From assembly GCA_038065955.1 (NCBI GenBank), contig JBBTPY010000008.1:4697-68696 (forward strand): 64,000 nucleotides of DNA. Reading direction: 5' to 3'. Below, one piece after another: positions 38,746 to 47,701 of this stretch. The translations under genes were made by a program, and so were the position numbers. The notes beneath the pieces are model-generated. The model saw only the letters and a program-made list of their open reading frames with translations. It made no database searches and was not told the origin of the DNA. Numbering within the stretch: position 1 is the first letter of the stretch; every line of letters begins with the position of its first letter. This DNA comes from Patescibacteria group bacterium (GTDB lineage: Bacteria > Patescibacteriota > Minisyncoccia > UBA6257 > UBA9933).

Positions 38746-39708
38746 ATGAAAACAAAAAAATATTTAGTGATTTTTAGCGGAATGATTTTATCGGCAGGAT
38801 TAGTTGTTCTTATTGGAGCGGCGATGGCTGAGGAGGGCGCGACGTCGATGACGAGTATGCCGTCGATTATTGAAGATATTTCGAGGAAAGATTTAAGACA
38901 AGAGCTATCTATTAAAGAAATTCCCGGCCGAGTGGTTTGTCTGGGAATAGGTATTTGTCCTTCAACGGGAGCTAATTCATCCACGGAAGTTTTGATTAAA
39001 GCCGCCAAAGTTATTGAAATCGGCGCCGGCTATCTGAAGATTTCAATTTTCAGTTATATTTATAAAATTGACATATCCGGTTCTAAGGTTGTTCGGTACG
39101 GGTGGGGAGAATCGGCGATTGACGAATTTTCTATCGGCGATATCGTCAATGTCCACGGCTATCTTGACGCGAGCGATAATTATTTGGTTCACGCTAAAAC
39201 GGTCAGAAACGTTTCAATTCAAAAAGTTCACAGCGTTTTCAGGGGTATGATTGAAGGCATTGACGCGACTAGTACGACTTTCACGATGGCGACGGAAGAA
39301 GCCGGTAGTCAGGCGGTTATTGTGAACGGCGACACGAAAATCGTCAAACAGATGAATATAGTCTGCATTACGACTCCTTGTTTGCCGATTTATACAACCG
39401 GCTCGTTCAGCGATTTGCAGGCTGGGATGAGAGTGACAGTTCGCGGCCTTTGGAATAAAACTTCGTCAAAAATTCAGGCGAGAGTCGTGATTATCGGCGA
39501 CTTGCCTTTTCTTTTTAAGGGAAGAGAAGAAAAAATATTAGATAAAGAAAAAGAACATAAAGAAGAATATAAAGAATTCAAGAAAGAAGAAAAAGAAGAA
39601 TATGAAGTTAAAAAAGGCGGCACGGAAGGAATGATGTCTAAAATTTTAGACATTCAGAATCAATTAAATGGGTTAATGGAGAAATTAAACAAGATTAAGG
39701 CAGAATAG
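38746..39708 (+). CDS. secreted hypothetical protein with K/E-rich coiled-coil tail
   Basis: Signal peptide MKTKKYLVIFSGMILSAGLVVLIGAAMA; no family recognised. Confidence 0.45.
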   Translation: MKTKKYLVIFSGMILSAGLVVLIGAAMAEEGATSMTSMPSIIEDISRKDLRQELSIKEIPGRVVCLGIGICPSTGANSSTEVLIKAAKVIEIGAGYLKISIFSYIYKIDISGSKVVRYGWGESAIDEFSIGDIVNVHGYLDASDNYLVHAKTVRNVSIQKVHSVFRGMIEGIDATSTTFTMATEEAGSQAVIVNGDTKIVKQMNIVCITTPCLPIYTTGSFSDLQAGMRVTVRGLWNKTSSKIQARVVIIGDLPFLFKGREEKILDKEKEHKEEYKEFKKEEKEEYEVKKGGTEGMMSKILDIQNQLNGLMEKLNKIKAE

Positions 39709-39720
39709 AGAATAACAACA

Positions 39721-39755
39721 AAAAACACTCCGATTATAATCGGAGTGTTTTTTGT
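39721..39755. terminator. bidirectional rho-independent terminator
   Basis: AAAACACTCCGATTataATCGGAGTGTTTTTTGTTTT between convergent genes. Confidence 0.8.
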
Positions 39756-39770
39756 TTTCAGATATCTTAT

Positions 39771-40970
39771 TTATCGCAAGAGTTTTTTAATTATTTCCAG
39801 CGCTTCTATAATTTCTTTTTTTGTCGTTGGTTTGCCGAAACTGAAACGCAAACTATTTTTTATTTGAGCGTCCGGCAAGCCGATGGCTTTAAGGACATAA
39901 GAAGGTTTAACCGCCCTGGCCGAACAGGCGCTGCCGGAAGAGACGGCGACGCCGTTAATGTCGAGTTTAATAAGTAAATCTTGGGCGTTTTGGCCGGGGA
40001 AGCGGATGTTTAAGATATTGGGCAGTTTTTTAACGTCCGACATCTGACATTTGATATTTGACACTCCGTTAATTTCCGCTTGCGGACAGATTTTTTTAAT
40101 TTCTCGCCAAAAATAATCCGCCAAATCGCCAATTCTTTTATTTTCTTCGGCGCGGTTTTTAATGATTATTTCGGCGGCCTTGGCAAAACCGATAATGGAA
40201 GAAACGTTTTCCGTGCCGGAACGAAGCCCGAATTCTTGTCCGCCGCCGGTAATTATAGGGTTTAGAGTATAGGGTTTAGGGTATAGGGCGCGAATATAAA
40301 GCGCGCCAATTCCTTTAGGTCCGTAAATTTTATGAGCGGACAAAGTCATTAAATCAATTCCGAGTTTATCAACATCGCAATCTAAAAATTGGAACGCTTG
40401 AACGGCGTCAGTGTGGAATAACGGGAATCTTGAATTATTTTTTTCTCTAAATTCTGAAATCAACTTACCTATTTCTTTGATTGGCTGGATGGTCCCGATT
40501 TCGTTGTTGGCGTATATTATTGAAACCAAAATTGTTCGTTCATTAAGCGATTCTTTTAATTTTTTCAAATTAACAAAGCCGTTTTTGTCAACCGGCAGAT
40601 AAATCACTTCAACGCCTTCTTTTTCCAAAGCGCGGCAAGTGTCTAAAATTGATTCGTGTTCAATCGCCGAGACGATAATTCTTGGATACTTAATACTTAA
40701 TACTTGATACTTGATACTTTTAATAATGCCGCGCAGAGCCAAGTTATTGGCCTCGGTGGCCGAGCCGGTGAAAATTATTTCCCGAAAATCCGCGTTAAGA
40801 GCCTTGGCGATTTTTTCCCGCGATTCGTCAACCGCTTTTAAAGCGTCTTGCCCGAATGAGTGAAGACTGCCCGGATTGCCGAATTTCTCGCTGAAATACG
40901 GCGACATCGCTTCAATGACTTTTTTATCCACCGGCGTTGTCGCCGCGTAATCAAAATAAATTCTTTTCAT
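39771..40970 (-). CDS. iscS: cysteine desulfurase (IscS/NifS family)
   Basis: MKRIYFDYAATTP.., PLP lysine motif SAHKIYGPKGIGALY, SSGSACS active-site Cys; contains three in-frame low-complexity repeat insertions. Confidence 0.85.
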   Translation of the reverse strand: MKRIYFDYAATTPVDKKVIEAMSPYFSEKFGNPGSLHSFGQDALKAVDESREKIAKALNADFREIIFTGSATEANNLALRGIIKSIKYQVLSIKYPRIIVSAIEHESILDTCRALEKEGVEVIYLPVDKNGFVNLKKLKESLNERTILVSIIYANNEIGTIQPIKEIGKLISEFREKNNSRFPLFHTDAVQAFQFLDCDVDKLGIDLMTLSAHKIYGPKGIGALYIRALYPKPYTLNPIITGGGQEFGLRSGTENVSSIIGFAKAAEIIIKNRAEENKRIGDLADYFWREIKKICPQAEINGVSNIKCQMSDVKKLPNILNIRFPGQNAQDLLIKLDINGVAVSSGSACSARAVKPSYVLKAIGLPDAQIKNSLRFSFGKPTTKKEIIEALEIIKKLLR

Positions 40971-41013
40971 AAATTTTATTGACAGATTTTAAGCAAATAC
41001 TATAATTAAACCA

Positions 41014-41754
41014 ATGACTAATCAAGAGAAATATTTATTGCCTTTGAGTATAATTATCGCCGCTTTATTGATTGTCGGCGCCGTTATTTATTCGGCCGGT
41101 TTGAAAAATGTTGAGCGGCCGGAGGCGGAGAAATCAAAAGAAAAACCGGTTTCCAGCGGAGTTGAGAATGTGTTGCCGATTTCCGAAAAAGACCATCCGC
41201 GCGGCAATCCCGAAGCGCCGGTAAAAATCATTGAATTTTCCGACATGGAATGCCCTTTTTGCAAGAGATTTCATCAGACGATGCTTACCGTAATGGAAGA
41301 ATACGGGAAAGACGGAAAAGTTGTCTGGGTTTATCGGCATTATCCGATAGAACAATTGCATTCAAAAGCCAAAAAAGCGGCGCTGGCCGCCGAATGCGCC
41401 GCTGAATTGGGCGGGGACAGCGGTTTTTGGAATTATCTTGACAAGTATTTTGAAATTACACCTTCAAATAATCTTATAAATCTTTCCGATTTGCCGAAAA
41501 TCGCCAAAGACATCGGTTTGGATAAAAGCCGATTTGAAGAATGTTTAGAAAGTGGCCGTTACGACGAATTAATAAAAGAACAAACGCAGAACGCGCTTGA
41601 TTCTGGTTCTCGCGGAACGCCCTATAGTGTTTTAATAAGCAAAGACGGTGAAAAATCTTCAATTAATGGCGCCTTGCCTTATGAAGATTTTGAAGGCCAA
41701 GACGGCGTAATGCAAAAAGGAGTAAGAGCGCTCATAGAAGAAGCGTTAAGATAA
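41014..41754 (+). CDS. DsbA-family thiol:disulfide oxidoreductase
   Basis: N-terminal TM, thioredoxin CPFC active site (DMECPFCKRFH). Confidence 0.7.
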   Translation: MTNQEKYLLPLSIIIAALLIVGAVIYSAGLKNVERPEAEKSKEKPVSSGVENVLPISEKDHPRGNPEAPVKIIEFSDMECPFCKRFHQTMLTVMEEYGKDGKVVWVYRHYPIEQLHSKAKKAALAAECAAELGGDSGFWNYLDKYFEITPSNNLINLSDLPKIAKDIGLDKSRFEECLESGRYDELIKEQTQNALDSGSRGTPYSVLISKDGEKSSINGALPYEDFEGQDGVMQKGVRALIEEALR

Positions 41755-41760
41755 ATTTTT

Positions 41761-41797
41761 GACATCTGACATCTGACATCTGACATTTAACATTTGA
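41761..41797 (+). repeat. tandem heptamer microsatellite (GACATCT)3-GACATTT-AACATTT immediately upstream of glyA
   Basis: Direct reading; related heptamers occur inside iscS (40021..40045). Confidence 0.8.
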
Positions 41798-41799
41798 CG

Positions 41800-43038
41800 A
41801 TGAAATTTACGCGCTTAAAAAAAACGGACGGCCGTCTTTATGAATTAATAACTTCCGAGATTAAAAGACAGAACGAGACGATTAATTTAATCGCTTCGGA
41901 GAATTTTGTTTCCCCGGAATTATTGGAAGCTTTAGGTTCTCCTTTAACTAATAAATATTCCGAAGGATATCCGGGTAAAAGATATTATCCCGGGAATTTT
42001 TATTATGACGAGATTGAAAAGTTGGCATGGGAACGGGCGTTGAAAGCCTTTGGTTTATCGGCTAAAAACTGGAGCGTCAATGTTCAGCCGTATTCCGGTT
42101 CGCCGGCGAATTTGGCCGTTTATTTGGCCTTAATGAAGCCATGCGAAGTTTTAATGGGAATGAATTTGGCAAGCGGCGGGCATTTGACTCACGGCCATTC
42201 GGCGAGTTTTTCCGGAAAATTATTTAAATCGATTCAATACGGAGTTAATCTCGAAACCGGCTTGTTGAATTACACGGAAATTGAAAAACTGGCGGAGAAA
42301 CATCGGCCGAAAATAATTATTTCCGGATTTACCGCTTATCCGAGAAAGATTGATTTTAAGCGCATTGGCGGAATCGCCAAGAAAGTTGGCGCGTATCATT
42401 TGGCGGATATTTCTCATATTGCCGGTTTGATTTCCGCCAAACTTCATCCCGCGCCGTTTTCTTGCGCTGATGTTGTGATGACGACAACTCATAAAACTTT
42501 GGCCGGGCCAAGAGGAGCGGTAATTTTTTCTCGCAAAGAATTGGCCGAAAAAATAGATAAATCCGTTTTCCCCGGTCTTCAAGGCGGGCCGCATAATAAC
42601 GCAATCGCGGCGATTGCTTTGGCTTTTGGCGAAGTGTTGAAGCCGAAATTTAAAAATGAGCAAAAACAGGCTGTTAAAAACGCCGAAGTTTTAGCCGAAG
42701 AGTTGAAAAAATACGGGTTTGATTTAATAACCGGCGGCACGGACAATCATTTGCTTTTAATGGATTTGAAAAATATTGGCATTGACGGCTTGGAAGCGGA
42801 AAGGAAATTGGAAAAAGCCGGCATTATCGCTAACCGCAATTCCATTGCCGGAGACGCTTCTCCTTTTAAACCGTCGGGCTTGCGCTTGGGAACGCCGGCA
42901 ATAACTGCCAGGGGAATAAAAGAAAAAGAAATGGAACGCGTTGCCGAGTGGATTTATAGAATTTTAATTAAAAAAGAAAATCAAACAGCGGTTAAAAAAG
43001 AGATATTGACTTTTCTTAAAAAGTATGATATTTATTGA
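41800..43038 (+). CDS. glyA: serine hydroxymethyltransferase
   Basis: ATG start at MKFTRLKK..; SHMT motifs, PLP-lysine region TTTHKTLAGPRG. Confidence 0.9.
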   Translation: MKFTRLKKTDGRLYELITSEIKRQNETINLIASENFVSPELLEALGSPLTNKYSEGYPGKRYYPGNFYYDEIEKLAWERALKAFGLSAKNWSVNVQPYSGSPANLAVYLALMKPCEVLMGMNLASGGHLTHGHSASFSGKLFKSIQYGVNLETGLLNYTEIEKLAEKHRPKIIISGFTAYPRKIDFKRIGGIAKKVGAYHLADISHIAGLISAKLHPAPFSCADVVMTTTHKTLAGPRGAVIFSRKELAEKIDKSVFPGLQGGPHNNAIAAIALAFGEVLKPKFKNEQKQAVKNAEVLAEELKKYGFDLITGGTDNHLLLMDLKNIGIDGLEAERKLEKAGIIANRNSIAGDASPFKPSGLRLGTPAITARGIKEKEMERVAEWIYRILIKKENQTAVKKEILTFLKKYDIY

Positions 43039-43085
43039 TAATTAGTTGTTTTACATAAATCAAATAATATAAGGAGGATATTGAT

Positions 43086-43193
43086 ATGGAATTGATAAGG
43101 AAAGCGCTTGAATGGGCAACATTGGCGGCGTTTTTTATCGCACTGGCTTTATTATACAGCGCGGTAAAAAACATAAAAATAACAAAATTATAA
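43086..43193 (+). CDS. 35-aa single-TM peptide
   Basis: AAGGAGGATATTGAT-ATG; MELIRKALEWATLAAFFIALALLYSAVKNIKITKL. Confidence 0.3.
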   Translation: MELIRKALEWATLAAFFIALALLYSAVKNIKITKL

Positions 43194-43208
43194 AAAGGAG
43201 GAAATGAG

Positions 43209-43478
43209 ATGAAAAAATCAACAGAGATGAAAAGATCGACATTTGCTATTATTATTTTTAGTATTGGCATTGTAATTGTCTTGGTGGTTTCGATGGCGGA
43301 AATATTAATTGAAAAAGAAGAGCGCCGCGAATGTCTTCAGTGGAAAGAATGGTCGAAAGAAATAAAAAGATATTATTTAACTTCTTGGCAGAAAGAGCAA
43401 TGTGATAATCGTGGTATCAACATTAATGCCCCAGTAAAATATGAAAGGAGGCCAAATGAATTGTCCTTATATTTTTAA
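43209..43478 (+). CDS. 89-aa membrane-anchored protein with Cys pair
   Basis: AAAGGAGGAAATGAG-ATG; one TM then charged domain with two Cys. Confidence 0.4.
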   Translation: MKKSTEMKRSTFAIIIFSIGIVIVLVVSMAEILIEKEERRECLQWKEWSKEIKRYYLTSWQKEQCDNRGININAPVKYERRPNELSLYF

Positions 43479-43584
43479 CGCTATTGATTTTGTGTGTCCA
43501 CATTGTGGTGCATCAAACCCGGACGGTGGAGATAAATGTGGAAATTGTGAAAAAAATCCATATTTACTGCCACAAGATGATGAA
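43453..43584 (+). CDS. 43-aa zinc-ribbon peptide
   Basis: AAAGGAGGCCAA-ATG; MNCPYIFNAIDFVCPHCGASNPDGGDKCGNCEKNPYLLPQDDE (CP..CPHC..CGNC). Confidence 0.35.
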
Positions 43585-43658
43585 TAACTTACCGCTGAGG
43601 AGTTAAATGTGCTTTATGCCGCGCGTCACTATTCTTAGATTTTGTTCTTTATTTATAC

Positions 43659-43690
43659 AGAGGCTCCTTAAAAAGAGCCTCTTTTTTTAT
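43659..43690 (+). terminator. rho-independent terminator
   Basis: AGAGGCTCcttaaaaaGAGCCTCTTTTTTTATTTT. Confidence 0.8.
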
Positions 43691-43734
43691 TTTTATTTTC
43701 CGTCTTGTTTTTATAAATTTCTCTATAAAAATAT

Positions 43735-43774
43735 TGTCTTCAAAATAACCACATATGTGGATATTTTGAAGACA
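43735..43774. promoter_or_regulatory. 40-bp palindrome, site 2 (one mismatch)
   Basis: TGTCTTCAAAATAACCACATATGTGGATATTTTGAAGACA. Confidence 0.5.
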
Positions 43775-43843
43775 GCGATTTCAATTTTTAATATTTTTTT
43801 ACTCATTTTTCGAATTATTTTTATAAACCTTTAGTTATCCTCA

Positions 43844-43878
43844 ATTTATCCACATATGCGGGCGTTTTGAGGATGGTA
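43844..43878. promoter_or_regulatory. palindrome site 3 (degenerate right half) with exact TTATCCACA
   Basis: ATCCTCAATTTATCCACATATGCGGGCGTTTTGAGGAT, ~30 nt upstream of regulator gene. Confidence 0.45.
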
Positions 43879-43907
43879 TTTATTATAATATTTATCATAA
43901 TAAATAT

Positions 43908-44417
43908 ATGGCTAAAACATCGCGCGCCGCCAGAAGACATATGATGGAATTGGGCAGGCTTTTTAATGATTTTAAAGAAATCAGCGATGAGTTGATGAGC
44001 GATTTTATCCAGCGGTATGAGAAGAAAAAATATTTAAATCAGAGTTTAAAGAGACTAATAGGTCGCGGCTTTATAAAAAAACAAGAAGGCAAATTAACCC
44101 TGACGGAAAAAGGAAAAAGATTTTTTCGCTCCTATTTTCCGATTTTACCAAGTGTCGTTAAATGGGACGGAAAATGGCGGATAGTCAGTTTTGACGTGCC
44201 GGGCGGTTATAGCGTAAAACGCGACCAGCTTAGAGGGCTTCTTAAAGAATTTGATTTTTATCAGCTTCAAAAAAGCGTTTGGATTTGTCCAAATTTCGTG
44301 GCGGAAGAATTTTGGAAAATCATTCTTAAAGAGGAATTAAATAAATATTGTAAAATGATGGTCGTTGATATTATGGAAGGGGATAGCGAAATTAAAAAAT
44401 ATTTTAAGATAATTTAA
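43908..44417 (+). CDS. PaaX-like winged-helix transcriptional regulator
   Basis: 169 aa; wHTH (LNQSLKRLIGRGFIKKQEGKLTLTEKGKRFF) then PaaX_C-like motif WDGKWRIVSFDVP..R.QLRGLLKEFDFYQLQKSVWICP. Confidence 0.5.
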   Translation: MAKTSRAARRHMMELGRLFNDFKEISDELMSDFIQRYEKKKYLNQSLKRLIGRGFIKKQEGKLTLTEKGKRFFRSYFPILPSVVKWDGKWRIVSFDVPGGYSVKRDQLRGLLKEFDFYQLQKSVWICPNFVAEEFWKIILKEELNKYCKMMVVDIMEGDSEIKKYFKII

Positions 44418-44430
44418 ATTATGATTTGCG

Positions 44431-44466
44431 TCCTCAATTTATCCACATATGTGGATAAATTGAGGA
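44431..44466. promoter_or_regulatory. 36-bp perfect palindrome, site 4, exact DnaA box on both strands
   Basis: TCCTCAATTTATCCACATATGTGGATAAATTGAGGA, 14 nt after regulator stop. Confidence 0.5.
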
Positions 44467-44512
44467 TAATGATAATAATGAAAATTAAGTTAAATTATTA
44501 TAATAAATAAAA

Positions 44513-44545
44513 AAAGAGGCATGATTTTAATCATACCTCTTTTAA
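44513..44545. terminator. hairpin/bidirectional terminator
   Basis: AAGAGGCATGATTttaATCATACCTCTTTT between convergent genes. Confidence 0.5.
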
Positions 44546-44584
44546 TTTCTTAAATGTTAAGTATAAATTCAATTTTTTGAGATT

Positions 44585-46117
44585 TTATTCTTTTTCTCTT
44601 ATTCTATATTGAAAGGCCTCGGCCAAGTGGTTGCCGCTGACTTTTTCTTCGCCTTCAAGGTCGGCGATGGTTTGGCTGATTTTTAAAATTCGGTAATAGC
44701 CGCGCGCCGAGATAAAAGATTTTTCCAGAATGTTTTTCAGAAAAATTTCAGCATCGGGAGAAAATTTTACCGTTTCATCGGTTTGTTTTGAACTCATTTC
44801 GGAATTGAGCCGGATGCGAGGCTTGGTTTTGATAAAGCGTTTTTCCTGGATTTCGCGGGTCCGGGCGATTTGGCTTTTGATTTTTTCTCCGGAATTGTCG
44901 CGTTTTTGTTTCCTTAATTCTTCGATTTTTACCCGCGGCACTTCAATTTGAATGTCAATTCGGTCAAGGAGCGGGCCGGAGATTTTTTTCTGATAACGAA
45001 AAACTTCGTTGGCGCTGCATTTACATTCTTTTTCCGGGTCGTTGAAATGGCCGCAGGGGCAGGGATTCATCGCGGCGGCGAGCATAAATTTCGCCGGAAA
45101 AGTTAGAACGCCTTTGGCGCGAGAAATACAAACGTCGCCGGTTTCAAGCGGTTGACGCAGGCCTTCCAAGAGGTCGCGCCGAAATTCCGGAATTTCATCA
45201 AGAAATAAAACTCCGCGATGCGCCAGACTGATTTCTCCCGGCTTGGGATTGGCTCCGCCGCCGATTACCGAAACCATTGAAGCGCTGTGATGCGGCGCCC
45301 GAAATGGCCGAAAATTGATAAAAGAATGTTTACCCAAAACTCCGGCCGCGGAATAGATTTGAGTAATTTCAACGGCTTCTTCCAGAGACGGCGCCGGAAG
45401 AATTGAGGCCAAAGCTTGGGCCAGCATTGTTTTTCCGGCGCCCGGAGGCCCGGACATTAAAATATTGTGGCCGCCGGAGGAGGCAATTATTAAAGCCCTT
45501 TTGGCGTTTTCCTGGCCTTTGATTTCGGAAATATCAAGGAGCGCGTCGCCGACCGGCTGGACTTCCGTCGGTTTTTGAAAATCAATCAATTGGCGGTTTT
45601 CCAAATGATTAATTAATTCTTCCAGATTTGAGACCGGTATAATTTTGATTCCCTTGATAACCGCGGCTTCGGCGGCGTTTTGTTTGGGCAGAAAAATAAA
45701 ATTAAAGCCGAGCCGTTCGGCCATTTTGGCGATATTTAAGCTGCCGTTGATTGACCTGAGCGAGCCGTCCAAAGAAAGTTCGCCGGTAAAAATTTTATCT
45801 TCGGTTTCAAACGGTTTTATCTGTTTAGTCGCCAATAAATATCCTGTGGCAATGGCTAAATCATATTGCGAGCCGGTTTTTTTAATATCGGCCGGCGCCA
45901 AATTGACCGTGATTTTTCGGTTTTCTTTGGTCGGCGGTTTGACGCCGGAATTTTTTAAAGCCGAGCTTACTCGTTCTTTCGCTTCGTTAAGGGCTTTATC
46001 CGCCAGCCCGACGATATTAAAAGAGTGGAGGCCGATATTAATATCAACCTCCACTTCTATTAATTTTGATTCAATGCCTTCAAGTTCGGCGGAATATACT
46101 TTGGAAAAATTCTTCAT
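44585..46117 (-). CDS. comM: YifB/ComM-family Mg-chelatase-like AAA+ ATPase
   Basis: 510 aa; N-terminal ChlI-like domain, Walker A GPPGAGKT, conserved C-terminal domain. Confidence 0.85.
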   Translation of the reverse strand: MKNFSKVYSAELEGIESKLIEVEVDINIGLHSFNIVGLADKALNEAKERVSSALKNSGVKPPTKENRKITVNLAPADIKKTGSQYDLAIATGYLLATKQIKPFETEDKIFTGELSLDGSLRSINGSLNIAKMAERLGFNFIFLPKQNAAEAAVIKGIKIIPVSNLEELINHLENRQLIDFQKPTEVQPVGDALLDISEIKGQENAKRALIIASSGGHNILMSGPPGAGKTMLAQALASILPAPSLEEAVEITQIYSAAGVLGKHSFINFRPFRAPHHSASMVSVIGGGANPKPGEISLAHRGVLFLDEIPEFRRDLLEGLRQPLETGDVCISRAKGVLTFPAKFMLAAAMNPCPCGHFNDPEKECKCSANEVFRYQKKISGPLLDRIDIQIEVPRVKIEELRKQKRDNSGEKIKSQIARTREIQEKRFIKTKPRIRLNSEMSSKQTDETVKFSPDAEIFLKNILEKSFISARGYYRILKISQTIADLEGEEKVSGNHLAEAFQYRIREKE

Positions 46118-46123
46118 TTTAAC

Positions 46124-46456
46124 TTAGTTCGCCTTTTTACATTTTTGGCACAATCTTGATTCCGGATTTATTTGGAGAAGTTTTAAAGCGATTTCGTCTT
46201 TGCATTTTTCGCAAACGCCGTATTTGCCGTTTTGGATTTTTTTCAGAGCGGAATTGATATCCGCCAGCCGATTTTTATAGGTTTGAACAAGCGCCAATTG
46301 GTTGCTTAATTCTTCTGATTCGTCCGTTTCTTCATCCGGGTCGACATCGCTGCCGAAATCCGGCATATCTTTGTGCCGTTTAAGTTCTTCTTCAATTTCC
46401 GTTTTTTCTTCAGTCAGTTTCTTTTTAAGTTTGTTTAATTCCGTTTTAGCGAACAT
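46124..46456 (-). CDS. DksA/TraR-family C4 zinc-finger protein
   Basis: 110 aa, coiled-coil N-term then CEKC...CQKC. Confidence 0.6.
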   Translation of the reverse strand: MFAKTELNKLKKKLTEEKTEIEEELKRHKDMPDFGSDVDPDEETDESEELSNQLALVQTYKNRLADINSALKKIQNGKYGVCEKCKDEIALKLLQINPESRLCQKCKKAN

Positions 46457-46463
46457 TTTATGA

Positions 46464-46700
46464 TTATAGCAATTTAGACGTTAAATAATAAGCGAGAAAT
46501 CCCAGGCCGAGAGTGGCGATTAAAATACCGATGGTTAAAATAATTATTTTAGAATTATTTTTTGTTTCGTTCACGGATTGAACCGGTTGAATCAGCGTCA
46601 GGTCGCCGCCGCTTTCTTTAATTGATTTAATATCCGAAGCCATGGTGCGAATTTCAATATTATCAGGCGGAGGAGGCGGCGTTGAATCTTGATTTGCCAT
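46464..46700 (-). CDS. small membrane-anchored protein (Pro-rich N-term, C-terminal TM)
   Basis: 78 aa. Confidence 0.35.
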   Translation of the reverse strand: MANQDSTPPPPPDNIEIRTMASDIKSIKESGGDLTLIQPVQSVNETKNNSKIIILTIGILIATLGLGFLAYYLTSKLL

Positions 46701-46743
46701 TTTTAAATTGTAAAAAAAATATCATTAAGAGTCAATCTTGACG

Positions 46744-47646
46744 CTATCTTCTTTTTCCGTGAAACGCTTTGTGGATTTCGTAAAGTCCTTTATTGGTTAA
46801 GTGTGTATATATTTGAGTGGTGGAAACGCTGGCGTGCCCCAAAAGTTCTTGAACCGCTTTAAGGTCGGCGCCATTGACAAGTAAATCGGTGGCGAAGTTG
46901 TGGCGGATTTGATGGGGATGGATTTTTTTGGAAATTCCGGCTTTGCGACCGTAGAAATCAATTAATCGTTGGATGGTTCGGGGAATAATTCGGCCGATAA
47001 TTTTTTGGTTTTTTGATTTGGTTAAACTGATAAATAAAGCCTCTTCGGCGTCAACTCTTTTGTTTAAATAATTTTTAATGGCGGTTTTGGCGCGTTCAGA
47101 TAAAAAAACGACTCTGATTTTTCCGCCTTTGCCGCGGACCGAAATTTCGCCGCGGTTTAAGTCAAAATAGCGGTTTAATCCGCAAAGTTCCGAAATTCTC
47201 AGGCCGGTTGAAAATAATATTTCCAAAATCGCTTTGTCGCGCAATGATTTAAGGTTATTGCTGCCGGGAGCGTTGAGTAGTCTTTCCAGATCGTTATATT
47301 CAATAACTTCAATTTGGCGCTGGGGGATTTTAGGCAGTTCAATTTTATCCGGCGAAAGAACGGCAAAATCGTTTTTAATTAAGTATTTAAGAAAATTTCT
47401 CAGGGCGATAATATAATAGCTTTGAGTATTTTTTTTATAAATTTCATTTTTTTCGGTTTTTCGGCGCGCTAAATAAAGGCGGAAATCGCGCACGGCGTCC
47501 GATGTAATATTTTTTTCGTTTTTAATTTCTGCAAAATTCAGAAAAGATTTGAGATAATGTTCATAATTTCTGCGAGTTTTCGGCGAGCGGTTTTTTTCAA
47601 TTTCCAGATAGTCAAGATAATTTTTAAGAAGAATTTTGATGTCCAT
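46744..47646 (-). CDS. tyrosine site-specific recombinase (XerC/XerD-like)
   Basis: Start at MDIKILLKNYLDYLEIEKN; catalytic region HQIRHNFAT...LGHASVSTTQIYTHL (R..H..R..Y). Confidence 0.8.
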   Translation of the reverse strand: MDIKILLKNYLDYLEIEKNRSPKTRRNYEHYLKSFLNFAEIKNEKNITSDAVRDFRLYLARRKTEKNEIYKKNTQSYYIIALRNFLKYLIKNDFAVLSPDKIELPKIPQRQIEVIEYNDLERLLNAPGSNNLKSLRDKAILEILFSTGLRISELCGLNRYFDLNRGEISVRGKGGKIRVVFLSERAKTAIKNYLNKRVDAEEALFISLTKSKNQKIIGRIIPRTIQRLIDFYGRKAGISKKIHPHQIRHNFATDLLVNGADLKAVQELLGHASVSTTQIYTHLTNKGLYEIHKAFHGKRR

Positions 47647-47701
47647 AATTAAATGAATTAAGAATTTCGCGTTATTCATAATTCTTGCTTCATTATTCTT
47701 A

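Noticed and set aside
42220-42663. 147-aa and 82-aa minus-strand ORFs inside glyA
   Set aside because: Antisense to an unambiguous, highly conserved SHMT coding sequence.
46744-47679. Calling the tyrosine recombinase a phage integrase with confidence
   Set aside because: The sequence fits housekeeping XerC/XerD equally well. No phage structural genes or tRNA attachment site are adjacent. Kept as an open question in the findings.
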